DNA of 64,000 nucleotides. Origin: an uncultured Candidatus Saccharibacteria bacterium. Its GTDB lineage: Bacteria > Patescibacteriota > Minisyncoccia > Phycocordibacterales > PALSA-1337. Position 1 is the stretch's first letter; every line of letters begins with the position of its first letter. Location of the stretch: assembly GCA_964565685.1 (NCBI GenBank), contig CAZMFR010000004.1:5077-69076 (forward strand), in the 5' to 3' direction. Below, one piece after another: positions 26,797-36,165 of the stretch. A program made the position numbers and the translations under genes. The notes beneath the pieces are model-generated. The model made no database searches. It worked only from the letters and a program-made list of their open reading frames with translations, and had not been told where the DNA came from.

Positions 26797-29307
26797 TTAC
26801 TCCTTCCCCCAATTCTTGCCGATATGAACGCCGACTGCGAGCGGCACGCCTTTTGTTTCATCGAGAGAGACGACTGTTTCCATTATTTTCTGGATTTCTG
26901 GCACTACTTTATCCAAAACCTTATCGGCGATTTCAAGCACAAGCTCATCATGCACCTGCAGGAGCAGATAGACCGATGTTTCCAACTTTTCCTTTTTTAT
27001 ATATTCAAAAATTTTTACCATAGCCAGTTTTACTATATCGGCCTCTGTGCCTTGGATCGGCGCATTGATGGCCATGCGCTCGGCCGAGGCGCGGATGAAT
27101 GGCACAGGCGAAGCGATGTCGCCGAAATATCGGCGGCGGCCAAAGAGGGTCTCCGTGTAACCCTTCCTTTTGGCCTCTGCTTTGACTGAATCGAGATAGC
27201 GCGCCAGACCGCTGAATGCTTGGAAATAGTGATTATAGAACTCCTGCGCTTCTGGTCGAGTGCCGCCTAGATTCGCGCGCAGAGCATTGACGCCCATGCC
27301 ATACATGACACCAAAATTGATCACTTTGGCCTTGCGGCGCATGTCGGGCGTGACTTCATCGGCCGATACGCCAAAGACTTTCGCGGCAACTTCTCTGTGC
27401 ACGTCTCGTCCCCCTTTAAATATTTTCATGAATTCCTCGTCGCCAGCCAAGAAGGCGGCGATGCGCAATTCAATCTGCGAATAGTCGAGAGAAACCAGCG
27501 AAAATCCTTTTTCTGCTATGAAAGCATCGCGGATGCGGCGGCCTTCTTCTGTTTGAATCGGGATATTTTGCAGATTTGGATTGTTCGAAGACATGCGGCC
27601 AGTGGTAGTGCCTGTTTGATCGAATGTGGCATGCAAACGATCGTTCTTATCGAGTAAAGGAGGAATGGCATCGATATAAGTGCCGACGAGCTTTGCTAAT
27701 TGACGATAATCCATAATTTTTTTGACAATGGCATGCTCGGAAAGCTTTAAAAGCTCGCTTTCTTTTGTCGAACGCGCGCCGCCTGCGGTTTTCTTCATCC
27801 TCGGTGCAGTCAATTGCAGCTTGTCAAAGAGGATTTCGCCGAGCTGTTTCGGAGAATTGATGTTGAATTCCTGACCAGCAAGCTTGTAAATAGATTTCTC
27901 GAGATCTTTTATCTTGCCATTATATTCGCTCGACAATTTTTCGAGATAAGCGCGATCTACTTTTATGCCGCGTTCCTTCATGGCGTCAAGGACTGGAATA
28001 AGGGGAAGCTCGATCTCGTCGTAGACGCGAGAGAGCCCGCGGCTCTTTATTTCTTCGAGAACGGCCTTTTTAGCGTCATCCCAATCTTTTGCGTTCGTTA
28101 TCGAAAGAACGTCTGCATAGGTCGGACCTGTGTAATTCGAATCAAGGAGCCACGCACCGACGGCGATAGGGCGAAGTTCGGAAGGAGGAATACTTGAGGA
28201 AAGGGTAGGAGAAACATCCTGCTTGGAGTCGGACTCTTGTGTCCTCTGGTCGCGTCGTCGCTTGCCAATTACGCGCTCCCCCTCGACCTCTTCTTGGTCC
28301 AAGGCATGATTCTGCTGAATCGCCTCCGAGAGGCCATCGGACGCCAAGAGCCCTTCCCCTTTACCTTCCACCACTGCTTTCACCCTCGCACCGAGATTTC
28401 TGAACTCGAGCTCTTTGAACAGAGCATCGATCTTTGAAAAGTCAAAATCTTCGCGCCATTTTTTGGCTGGCAAATTAAAGTCGATCGGTGCATCGCGACG
28501 AATCGTTGCCAACATTTTTGAGAATATGGCTTCCTCCTTGCCGTTTTTTAAAAGCTCGATGATGCGCGGCTTAATTCCTGCTTCTAACAACTTTTCCTCT
28601 CCAATTTTTCCTTTTCCTTTTTCCAAAACCTTGTAGATATCTTCGATCGACCCGAAATTCGTCATGAGGTCGGTCGCTGTTTTCTCGCCAATACCTTCAA
28701 TGCCTATGATGTTGTCGGATGGATCGCCGCGGAGACCTTTATAATCTGGAATGAGCTTTGGTCCAAAGCCAAATCGCTCCATCACCGCTTTTTCGTTGTA
28801 AATGATCGTATCCTTGATTCCTTTTTTTAAAGTATAGACGCGCACATGATCGCCATCGATGAGCTGCATGGTGTCCATGTCGCCAGATGCGATGATGACG
28901 TCTGTCTGTATCTTTTTCTTTTCGACTTGCTCGACGATCGTGCCAAGGATGTCGTCCGCCTCGAAGCTTGGCACGCTGTATTCTGGTATATTGAAAGCGG
29001 CGATGAGCTCATGCGAGCGTTTGATCTGCGCAACTAGCTCCGGCGCAGTCTTTGGTCGACCAGCTTTGTATGCCTTGTACGCCTCGTGGCGATATGTCGG
29101 CTGGGGCAAGTCATACGCCGCAACGATATAATCTGGCTTTAATTCCTTGACAATTCCAAGTAACATAAGACAAAGCCCATACAGCCCGCCCGTCGGCTCC
29201 CCCTTTGACGAGGCAAAATCAGGTATAGCATGATAAGCACGATGCAAAATGGCGTGGGTATCGAGGAGGACGAGGGTGGGGTTTTTGCTTGCTTGCTTTC
29301 CTTTCAT
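26797..29307 (-). CDS. polA: DNA polymerase I (5'-3' exonuclease plus polymerase domains)
   Basis: N-terminal 5'-nuclease motifs, and C-terminal polymerase motifs A, B and C (DYSQIELR, KxxxFGxxYG, VHDE). Confidence 0.9.
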   Translation of the reverse strand: MKGKQASKNPTLVLLDTHAILHRAYHAIPDFASSKGEPTGGLYGLCLMLLGIVKELKPDYIVAAYDLPQPTYRHEAYKAYKAGRPKTAPELVAQIKRSHELIAAFNIPEYSVPSFEADDILGTIVEQVEKKKIQTDVIIASGDMDTMQLIDGDHVRVYTLKKGIKDTIIYNEKAVMERFGFGPKLIPDYKGLRGDPSDNIIGIEGIGEKTATDLMTNFGSIEDIYKVLEKGKGKIGEEKLLEAGIKPRIIELLKNGKEEAIFSKMLATIRRDAPIDFNLPAKKWREDFDFSKIDALFKELEFRNLGARVKAVVEGKGEGLLASDGLSEAIQQNHALDQEEVEGERVIGKRRRDQRTQESDSKQDVSPTLSSSIPPSELRPIAVGAWLLDSNYTGPTYADVLSITNAKDWDDAKKAVLEEIKSRGLSRVYDEIELPLIPVLDAMKERGIKVDRAYLEKLSSEYNGKIKDLEKSIYKLAGQEFNINSPKQLGEILFDKLQLTAPRMKKTAGGARSTKESELLKLSEHAIVKKIMDYRQLAKLVGTYIDAIPPLLDKNDRLHATFDQTGTTTGRMSSNNPNLQNIPIQTEEGRRIRDAFIAEKGFSLVSLDYSQIELRIAAFLAGDEEFMKIFKGGRDVHREVAAKVFGVSADEVTPDMRRKAKVINFGVMYGMGVNALRANLGGTRPEAQEFYNHYFQAFSGLARYLDSVKAEAKRKGYTETLFGRRRYFGDIASPVPFIRASAERMAINAPIQGTEADIVKLAMVKIFEYIKKEKLETSVYLLLQVHDELVLEIADKVLDKVVPEIQKIMETVVSLDETKGVPLAVGVHIGKNWGKE

Positions 29308-29345
29308 ATATTCATTGTATCAAGAAAGATAAAGTAAGCATCCTT

Positions 29346-29837
29346 TTAAAAAGTTTGCACAATATCGTCATTTGTATTCATGAGTTTGTCTGGTCCGGCA
29401 CTTCTCAATTCAAAACCTCCGTTGCTATTTGGTGCATAGGACAGATTTGTCCCCCAAGGATCAGTCGTATAAAACATGTTTGCTTGAGATGGGGTGCCTA
29501 AATCAGCAAAGCTTGTCGGTAATTTTCCATGCTCATTTCTATACAAAGAAATTTGTCCGGCATCAGTAGTGATAATTTGTGAAGCAAGTTTCACTCTTAA
29601 ATCTGAAAATACTCCTGTATTCGCCACAAACCCAAAATAATACAATCCGCCATACAGAACGAAAGTGACAAGGATACCCAAGATTCCAAGAATTATTTGA
29701 CCTTTAGTATTTTTGACTATACCAATAATGACTGCAATTATCCCAAACAGAACACCAATCAAAGGTATAAAAGACAAGCCACCAAAAATCCATCCAGCGA
29801 CGGAAGATTTTCTTGGTACAGAGTTACTATTTTCCAT
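29346..29837 (-). CDS. membrane protein with a C-terminal type II secretion GspG-like pseudopilin domain and no class III prepilin peptide
   Basis: C-terminus DPWGTNLSY...ELRSAGPDK...NDDI; N-terminal helices not of the GFTLIE type. Confidence 0.5.
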   Translation of the reverse strand: MENSNSVPRKSSVAGWIFGGLSFIPLIGVLFGIIAVIIGIVKNTKGQIILGILGILVTFVLYGGLYYFGFVANTGVFSDLRVKLASQIITTDAGQISLYRNEHGKLPTSFADLGTPSQANMFYTTDPWGTNLSYAPNSNGGFELRSAGPDKLMNTNDDIVQTF

Positions 29838-29894
29838 GAGTTATTTTTAATAAGTAATAAAATGACGAAATCACTATAACACAGAAAATATTGT

Positions 29895-30341
29895 TTATTC
29901 AAACTCATATTCTCTCTCCGTCTCGCTCACGAATTCGCATTTAACGGTAAGCGCGCCTTCCGGCAGGATTTCTTTCACATTTTCCGGCCATTCGATCAAT
30001 ATCAGATTATTGGGATCCATGACAAGCTCTTCAAAATTCAAAACTTCGAGCTCGCGCGCTGATTCGAGACGATATGCGTCGATATGGATGAGTCGATCCC
30101 ACCCAGACCCAGAGGTCGGACCTCTGGAATAAATCTTCTCTATGACAAACGTCGGACTCGTCACCGACTCTGTTATGCCAAGTGCCGCCGCAACTGCTTT
30201 CACAAAAGCCGTCTTGCCGGATCCGAGATCGCCAGAAAGTCCGACAACTAGAGCTTCGCTATCTTTTTTTTCTATCGAGCCAAGCCACTCGCGCGCGATT
30301 CGTGACGTATCGTCAAGAGATTTTGATAAGATTTTCTCCAT
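29895..30341 (-). CDS. tsaE: tRNA threonylcarbamoyladenosine biosynthesis protein TsaE
   Basis: P-loop GDLGSGKT, and SPTF plus a YHID-like acidic motif; start at the internal ATG (the track ORF begins with TTG). Confidence 0.8.
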   Translation of the reverse strand: MEKILSKSLDDTSRIAREWLGSIEKKDSEALVVGLSGDLGSGKTAFVKAVAAALGITESVTSPTFVIEKIYSRGPTSGSGWDRLIHIDAYRLESARELEVLNFEELVMDPNNLILIEWPENVKEILPEGALTVKCEFVSETEREYEFE

Positions 30342-30354
30342 GGAAAGACTATAG

Positions 30355-30400
30355 TACAAGGGTAGCCCTTGGACAAGTCATACAAGGGTAGCCCTTGGAC
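30355..30400. promoter_or_regulatory. two 20-bp direct repeats, each containing the perfect palindrome CAAGGGTAGCCCTTG, centres 26 bp apart; candidate dual operator in the tsaE/pilB divergent promoter
   Basis: read directly from the sequence. Confidence 0.5.
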
Positions 30401-30412
30401 TAAAAAGTACGC

Positions 30413-30418
30413 TATAAT
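30413..30418 (+). promoter_or_regulatory. -10 box TATAAT abutting the pilB start codons
   Basis: TATAAT, then TA, then ATG GCA ATG. Confidence 0.35.
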
Positions 30419-30419
30419 T

Positions 30420-32096
30420 ATGGCAATGATCCAATTCGACGAGGACAAGCAGAAACAAAAGATCGAGCACCTTTTGCGCAAAGAGGAGGAGGAACTCGTG
30501 CAAGCCTTGTCCGATAAAAACAACCTGCCTTATGTCGATTTGTCTTCTGTCGCCATTAACACAGACGCCCTGCGATATATCGACGAAAAAGATGCTCGTG
30601 AAGCAAAGACAGCCGCGTTCGCAATAGTGAATAAAAAGCTGAGCATCGCCGTACGCGATCCTTCCCTGCCGAAACTTGTCGAGGTTCTCGAGAATCTGAA
30701 AAGCAAAGGCCTAGAACCAGATCTTTTTATGTCTTCAACCGCTAGCTTGGAAAAAGCGTGGGCGTTGTACAAAGAGCTCTCTTTCGCGTCAGAAACAAAG
30801 TCTGGCTCTCTCGAAATATCCAGCAATGAGATCGAGGAGATCGTCAAAGAAGCAAAAGACTTGGCAACAGTAGTATCCATATTAGCCAACACAGTCTCTT
30901 TGAAGAAGAGCTATCGCGTGTCCAGAATATTGGAAACGTCCATCGCTGGCGCTCTGGCCGTTGGAGCTTCAGACATACACATCGAGCCAGAGGAAACCTA
31001 TGTCCGCTTGCGATATCGTCTAGACGGCGTCCTATCTGAAATAATAAGATTCGACGCCGATACGTACAATCTTCTCTTGTCCCGCATCAAATTGCTGTCC
31101 GGGATGAAATTGAATTTAAAAAAGCAGGGTCAAGACGGTCGATTCAGCATTCATGTAAATAATTCTGATATCGAGATGCGTGTATCCGTTCTGCCTGGCG
31201 CGTATAACGAATCGATCGTCATGCGTATCCTTGACCCAAAAAGCATTTCGGTGCCATTGGAAAGCTTGGGCATCCCGCCAAAGCTGTTGGCTCTATTGCT
31301 AAAAGAGATCGACAAACCGAACGGTATGATTCTAACTACAGGTCCGACTGGCTCTGGCAAGACTACTACCCTATATGCTTTTTTAAAGAAATCATATAAT
31401 CCGGGAGTCAAGATAATCACCATCGAAGATCCTGTAGAATATCATTTGCCAGGCATCACTCAAACCCAGGTAAACGACAAGGGCTATACTTTCCTCGAGG
31501 GATTGCGTGCGGCTGTCCGTCAGGATCCGGATATAATCATGGTCGGTGAGATTCGCGACGATGAAACAGCCGATATTGCCATCAATTCAGCATTGACCGG
31601 CCACCTGGTCTTCTCGACTTTGCACACAAATTCTGCGGCCGGGGCATTCCCTCGCCTCATCGATCTCCATGTAAATCCAAAAGTCATCACTTCTGCCCTG
31701 ACTATCAGCATGGCCCAGCGCCTTCTGCGTCGTTTGTGCCCTTTTTGCAAGAAAGAGACCATTATCGAAGGCGAAACAAAAAAAGAGATCGATCAGGTCA
31801 TCGCCGCCATAGAAGATACTAGCCAAATACCAGAAAATAGGACAAAGATGTGGGTCGCCGGCGGTTGCGCAAAATGCAACAATACCGGTTACAAAGGTCG
31901 CATCGGCATTTATGAAGCAATAAAGATAGACGAAAAGATAGAAAATGCTGTCGAGGCAAATCCTAGCGAGCGAGAGATCATCGCCGCGGCAAAGGGTCAA
32001 GGCATTATGAATATGGAACAGGACGGCGTTGTTAAAATCTTGCAAGGGGTCACAGATTTGGATGAATTAAAGAGGGTGGTCGAAGTGGAAGAATGA
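30420..32096 (+). CDS. pilB: type IV pilus/type II secretion assembly ATPase (PilB/GspE family)
   Basis: Walker A GPTGSGKTTT, Asp box, His box and a tetracysteine motif. Start at the first ATG; the second ATG at 30426 is also possible. Confidence 0.85.
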   Translation: MAMIQFDEDKQKQKIEHLLRKEEEELVQALSDKNNLPYVDLSSVAINTDALRYIDEKDAREAKTAAFAIVNKKLSIAVRDPSLPKLVEVLENLKSKGLEPDLFMSSTASLEKAWALYKELSFASETKSGSLEISSNEIEEIVKEAKDLATVVSILANTVSLKKSYRVSRILETSIAGALAVGASDIHIEPEETYVRLRYRLDGVLSEIIRFDADTYNLLLSRIKLLSGMKLNLKKQGQDGRFSIHVNNSDIEMRVSVLPGAYNESIVMRILDPKSISVPLESLGIPPKLLALLLKEIDKPNGMILTTGPTGSGKTTTLYAFLKKSYNPGVKIITIEDPVEYHLPGITQTQVNDKGYTFLEGLRAAVRQDPDIIMVGEIRDDETADIAINSALTGHLVFSTLHTNSAAGAFPRLIDLHVNPKVITSALTISMAQRLLRRLCPFCKKETIIEGETKKEIDQVIAAIEDTSQIPENRTKMWVAGGCAKCNNTGYKGRIGIYEAIKIDEKIENAVEANPSEREIIAAAKGQGIMNMEQDGVVKILQGVTDLDELKRVVEVEE

Positions 32097-32409
32097 CTAT
32101 TTATAGAATTAATTATCACTTATGAACCAGTATTCATATCGTGTCAATTGCAATTTAAAATCGGAGTAGTAGTATTGGCGCAGACAGATCTAGGATCAAG
32201 TGCGTACATCTCTAAGCAATACTTTCAATGCGATAATCAAAAGGTCAACGTACCTTCCAGGATGGCTCCAGTACGCATTCACAAAGGAGTGCAACCAGAG
32301 CGTCCTCAAAAAAACGTCGGATAATCCGAACAAGCGGACTATATTGCTTAGAGATGCATGAACTCGATCCAAACTTTCACTGTGGAGAGTATAGCATACA
32401 TCATTATTT

Positions 32410-33435
32410 ATGTCAAGTGACTCACCAAAAATAAACAAAAACATTAATACTGCCGACGAAAAAGACGTCCGCCATCTAGATCAAACTCTGCGACCTTCCC
32501 GATGGGAAGATTACATAGGACAAAAGTCAGTCAAGCAGAATTTGCATATACTACTAAAAGCGGCCGCGGAACGCAAGCACCCGCCAGAACATATCCTATT
32601 CTATGGCCCGCCGGGCCTAGGCAAAACAACATTGGCGCATTTAGTCGCTCATGAGAGCGGCGCACAGATGAAAGTCACTTCTGGCCCGGCTATCATGAAA
32701 GTCGGTGATTTGGCTTCTATCCTGACCAATCTTTCAAACGGCGACATTCTTTTTATAGATGAGATCCATCGTCTGAACAAAGCAATCGAAGAGATCCTCT
32801 ACCCCGCCATGGAGAGCGGTAAACTCGATATTATCATCGGCAAGGGACCTTCGGCACGAACGATCCAACTTGACCTTCCTGCTTTCACTTTAATTGCAGC
32901 CACAACGCGCTACGCAATGATTTCTTCGCCTCTGCGCTCGCGTTTTTCTGGCGGTGTCTTCAAGCTGGATTTCTATACGAACGAAGAGATATCAGAAATT
33001 ATCCGCCGATCCGCAAAGATCCTCGGCGTTGATATAGGCGGCGATGCCATAAAAACTATTGCGAGCCGAAGCCGTTTTACGCCTCGCACTGCGAATTATT
33101 TTTTAAAGAGGGTGCGAGATTATGCGCAAATCAGCAAGGTAGCTCTAGACACAAACGCCGTGGAAAAAGCGTTGGAAATGCTCGGCATCGACGAGCTCGG
33201 TCTTGGTCAAGCAGATAGAGACATATTGCGCATCATGATAGACAAATTCAACGGCGGACCGGTTGGTTTGAACACTCTGGCAGCGGCGTTATCGGAGGAA
33301 CAAGCGACAATAGAAGAGGTCTATGAGCCATATCTGCTTCAATTGGGCCTTCTCGACCGCACTTCTCGTGGACGCGTGGCAACAGAAAAAGCATGGAAGC
33401 ATTTGAATATAAAAAATGAGGGAAAATTGTTGTAA
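32410..33435 (+). CDS. ruvB: Holliday junction DNA helicase RuvB
   Basis: GPPGLGKTTLA and the complete RuvB architecture. Confidence 0.9.
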   Translation: MSSDSPKINKNINTADEKDVRHLDQTLRPSRWEDYIGQKSVKQNLHILLKAAAERKHPPEHILFYGPPGLGKTTLAHLVAHESGAQMKVTSGPAIMKVGDLASILTNLSNGDILFIDEIHRLNKAIEEILYPAMESGKLDIIIGKGPSARTIQLDLPAFTLIAATTRYAMISSPLRSRFSGGVFKLDFYTNEEISEIIRRSAKILGVDIGGDAIKTIASRSRFTPRTANYFLKRVRDYAQISKVALDTNAVEKALEMLGIDELGLGQADRDILRIMIDKFNGGPVGLNTLAAALSEEQATIEEVYEPYLLQLGLLDRTSRGRVATEKAWKHLNIKNEGKLL

Positions 33436-33489
33436 CGGATTGCAAATGCAAAACAATTCTGCTAGCTTAAAGACAGAAAGGAGGCCTAT

Positions 33490-33741
33490 ATGCCTGTAAA
33501 CATTGAAGCCACTCTCGTTCGTTTGGAATCAAAGTATGACAAGGAAATAGCAGAGGATTGTCGGAAAAAAATTGGAAAGAGGAAAGTGCTGACAGCTGAT
33601 GAGCTGGTAAATATTATTGCGAACGTGTTGGATAAGAAACAACAAAAGCCTCGCAGTCCTCTTTCGGAGGAAAATCGGGCCATCGGACGAAATACTTCTC
33701 ATATCCATGGAAAATTTGATCCGAAGAAGCGCCGAAATTAA
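33490..33741 (+). CDS. hypothetical small basic protein
   Basis: strong Shine-Dalgarno AAAGGAGG 7 nt upstream. Confidence 0.5.
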   Translation: MPVNIEATLVRLESKYDKEIAEDCRKKIGKRKVLTADELVNIIANVLDKKQQKPRSPLSEENRAIGRNTSHIHGKFDPKKRRN

Positions 33742-33786
33742 GTCAAGGTTTGTCGTTAAGACCTGCATCTATGTGGGTCTTTTTTA

Positions 33787-34569
33787 TTAAACGGGGCTTT
33801 TTATTTTTGCAATTAGATCGCGAATATAACTATTCAAGTCGACCTTTTTACCATATTGTTCTGCTATGTAGAAAAGTGATTTGAACGTCTGTGACAATGC
33901 GCTGTCGTCGATACGTACGAGGCGTTCTGATTCATAATCGACAAGCAGTACGCGGTCTCTAAAAATAAATATGTCCAAGGGGAACTTGATCAGCTCGTCT
34001 GGTAAAACGTAGGCGATTGTCATTCGATCAAGGTGGCTCAAAAGCTGATCTTCGTTCATCTTTGAAAAGAGATTAAATACTGACTCAGCAATGACCCCTT
34101 CTATAATAATCTTGCGGCTACGTATCTCATTGTGGATGCGAGACATAAATCTCATGTCCATTTTTTTGAGTATGGTTTTTGAAATGCCGGCACCTTGGAT
34201 AGAATAGAACCTCTCTGTAGGCGAGAGCTCTAGGATTTTCGTCAGCTCTTTCAAGATATTTATCTTGCCAGAGACAACTAAAAAGAAACTGGCTTGGTTT
34301 GGGGTTTTTGCCGGATCGACAAACGCTGGATTATCAATCAGCTCGATATTTCTCCTATAAACCCACTCAAAATGGTTTCCGCTCCTGACACGTCTCACCA
34401 ATTTTCTTTTTTCTAGCTTCTTCAAGATGAATCCTACCGTGGTGGGCGGTAAATCAGACTCTCTGGAAATCTTGCTTATTTTATGAGCAAGTGGTTGTTG
34501 TTGAAGAACCGCCAAAACAGCGTGCTCTTTTGGCGAAAGTCCGAGGGCTTCGAGTATTATGCGTCTCAT
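33787..34569 (-). CDS. winged-helix transcriptional regulator (TrmB/MarR-like N-terminus plus C-terminal domain)
   Basis: N-terminal helix-turn-helix LSPKEHAVLAVL...ISKISRESDLPPTTVGFILKKLEKRKLV. Confidence 0.55.
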   Translation of the reverse strand: MRRIILEALGLSPKEHAVLAVLQQQPLAHKISKISRESDLPPTTVGFILKKLEKRKLVRRVRSGNHFEWVYRRNIELIDNPAFVDPAKTPNQASFFLVVSGKINILKELTKILELSPTERFYSIQGAGISKTILKKMDMRFMSRIHNEIRSRKIIIEGVIAESVFNLFSKMNEDQLLSHLDRMTIAYVLPDELIKFPLDIFIFRDRVLLVDYESERLVRIDDSALSQTFKSLFYIAEQYGKKVDLNSYIRDLIAKIKSPV

Positions 34570-34578
34570 CTTGCCATC

Positions 34579-34675
34579 TTAAAAGTCGGCAAGAATCTTG
34601 TCAACTTTTTAAGCGTCTTGTGTTGATATACCTGGGGATCCTGGCATTTGGGCAAAATCATTCGCAAGCCATCTT
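34579..34675. repeat. direct repeat copy 1: 86-bp perfect core (34581..34666) plus degenerate ends
   Basis: identical to copy 2; contains TTGTCA-N17-TGTTGATAT promoter-like hexamers. Confidence 0.85.
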
Positions 34676-34739
34676 GAAAGGCAATAATGTGTGTACAGAC
34701 AGCAAAACCAAACAAAAAATATAAAATGAAGAATGAAGG

Positions 34740-35006
34740 ATGAAAATGAACAAAATATTGATAGTTGTGACTTGTAGCGCCAATCTTCCGGACGAAAACA
34801 CAGCAAGTCGTGCACATGAGAAAGACATTGAGCAACGTCTAGAAAAATACCCGGGGTTTAAGGTGAAAAGTATGTCAACTTCATGTGAAACAGTGCAGCT
34901 TTTTGAAAGTTTTTACCACAAAACATTCGTCCCTCGTTATAGATCTGTGTTGGTATTGGAAAAACAACAGGATTCCACGCCAACCTGTGTGTCTGTGAAA
35001 AATTAA
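34740..35006 (+). CDS. hypothetical small Cys-containing protein bracketed by the direct repeats
   Basis: 88-aa ORF; its stop codon lies inside repeat copy 2. Confidence 0.3.
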   Translation: MKMNKILIVVTCSANLPDENTASRAHEKDIEQRLEKYPGFKVKSMSTSCETVQLFESFYHKTFVPRYRSVLVLEKQQDSTPTCVSVKN

Positions 35007-35096
35007 AAGTCGGCAAGAATCTTGTCAACTTTTTAAGCGTCTTGTGTTGATATACCTGGGGATCCTGGCATTTGGGCAAAATCATTCGCACATCTT
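35003..35096. repeat. direct repeat copy 2 (86-bp perfect core 35005..35090)
   Basis: identical to copy 1. Confidence 0.85.
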
Positions 35097-35129
35097 ATTT
35101 TAAAAGGTGAATATGAATAATAAGGATAG

Positions 35130-35375
35130 TTGTTTAACAAACAAAAGAAAGGTGATGTTATGGGTAGACCATATGTTTGGAGAAAAAATGAGTGGGGAGA
35201 GAACGAAAAAAAGTATTTAGATGAGGCCCATCCATCATTAGGAATGCCAGATTGTGATATGGGGGGTATATCAGATGATCCGTGGGGTTCACATGTCGCC
35301 TGGCAGCAAAGACATCATATATTTATAAAGGATGTCCAGTATGAGGATGAATCAAATCCTTATAGCCGTCTTTAA
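35130..35375 (+). CDS. hypothetical small protein
   Basis: 81-aa ORF downstream of repeat copy 2. Confidence 0.35.
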   Translation: MFNKQKKGDVMGRPYVWRKNEWGENEKKYLDEAHPSLGMPDCDMGGISDDPWGSHVAWQQRHHIFIKDVQYEDESNPYSRL

Positions 35376-35436
35376 AGTATGAGCCCGGCGTTCCCAAAAA
35401 GGAGCGCTGTTTTATTTACAAAGACATTTTTCGGAG

Positions 35437-35442
35437 TATAAT
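35437..35442 (+). promoter_or_regulatory. -10 box TATAAT, 6 nt before the yebC-like ATG
   Basis: read directly from the sequence. Confidence 0.35.
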
Positions 35443-35448
35443 ACCAAC

Positions 35449-35979
35449 ATGTCCGGACATAATAAATTCTCAAAAATAAAGCACTTGAAGGCAAAGACCG
35501 ACGCGCAAAAGAGCAAGGTTTTTTCAAAGATGGTCAAGCTAGTGACAACAGAGGTGAAAAAGGCCAAGGGCATTTTGACTTCCCCTGGTGTGATCGCAGC
35601 CATCGAACGCGCTCGCAAGGAGAACGTGCCAAACGACACGATTGATCGTGCAATTAAAAAAGCCACCACAGACAATGGTGCCGAGATGGAAAATATAGTC
35701 TATGAGGCCTATGGTCCTGGTGGCATAGCCATTATGATCAATATACTGACTGACAATCGAAACAAGGCCGCACAGGAGATAAAGCATATCCTGTCGAGCA
35801 ATGGCACTACCCTGGCCGCTCCAGGGTCCGCTAGCTGGGCTTTTACAAAGACTCACGATGGTTGGCAAGCCAATAGCACCATGCCGCTCGAAGATGCCGA
35901 TATCGAAAAACTAGAGAAGCTCGTTGAAGATCTCGAGGCAAACGACGATGTGCAGGACGTATTCACGAACGCGGAATAG
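35449..35979 (+). CDS. YebC/PmpR-family transcriptional regulatory protein (short form)
   Basis: N-terminal GHNKFSKIKH...K..DA.KSK.F.K and a YEAYGPGG-like core. Confidence 0.75.
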   Translation: MSGHNKFSKIKHLKAKTDAQKSKVFSKMVKLVTTEVKKAKGILTSPGVIAAIERARKENVPNDTIDRAIKKATTDNGAEMENIVYEAYGPGGIAIMINILTDNRNKAAQEIKHILSSNGTTLAAPGSASWAFTKTHDGWQANSTMPLEDADIEKLEKLVEDLEANDDVQDVFTNAE

Positions 35980-36150
35980 TTGAACATACCAACGAAAAAG
36001 CATATAGTTCATATGTTCCTTGTGTACTGGCCCGGTCTTGGAACGGACAGAAATAGGGCTATATCTGTGCTAGGCGTCCTATGTACAGAAATAAACGTAT
36101 GGACGCAAATAAACCCGACCCCAGGAACGTAATGTTTCTGGGGTTGTTTC

Positions 36151-36159
36151 TGTTATAAT
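36151..36159 (+). promoter_or_regulatory. extended -10 box TGTTATAAT, 6 nt before the ruvC ATG
   Basis: read directly; anchored to the ORF start at 36166. Confidence 0.4.
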
Positions 36160-36165
36160 CACATT

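Noticed and set aside
32097-32409. 313-bp non-coding gap between pilB and ruvB, checked for SRP RNA, 6S RNA or RNase P RNA
   Set aside because: CCTGGAAGG is present, but the SRP helix-8 consensus (GGAAGCAGCC) and the RNase P conserved blocks are absent. No convincing structure was found by eye.
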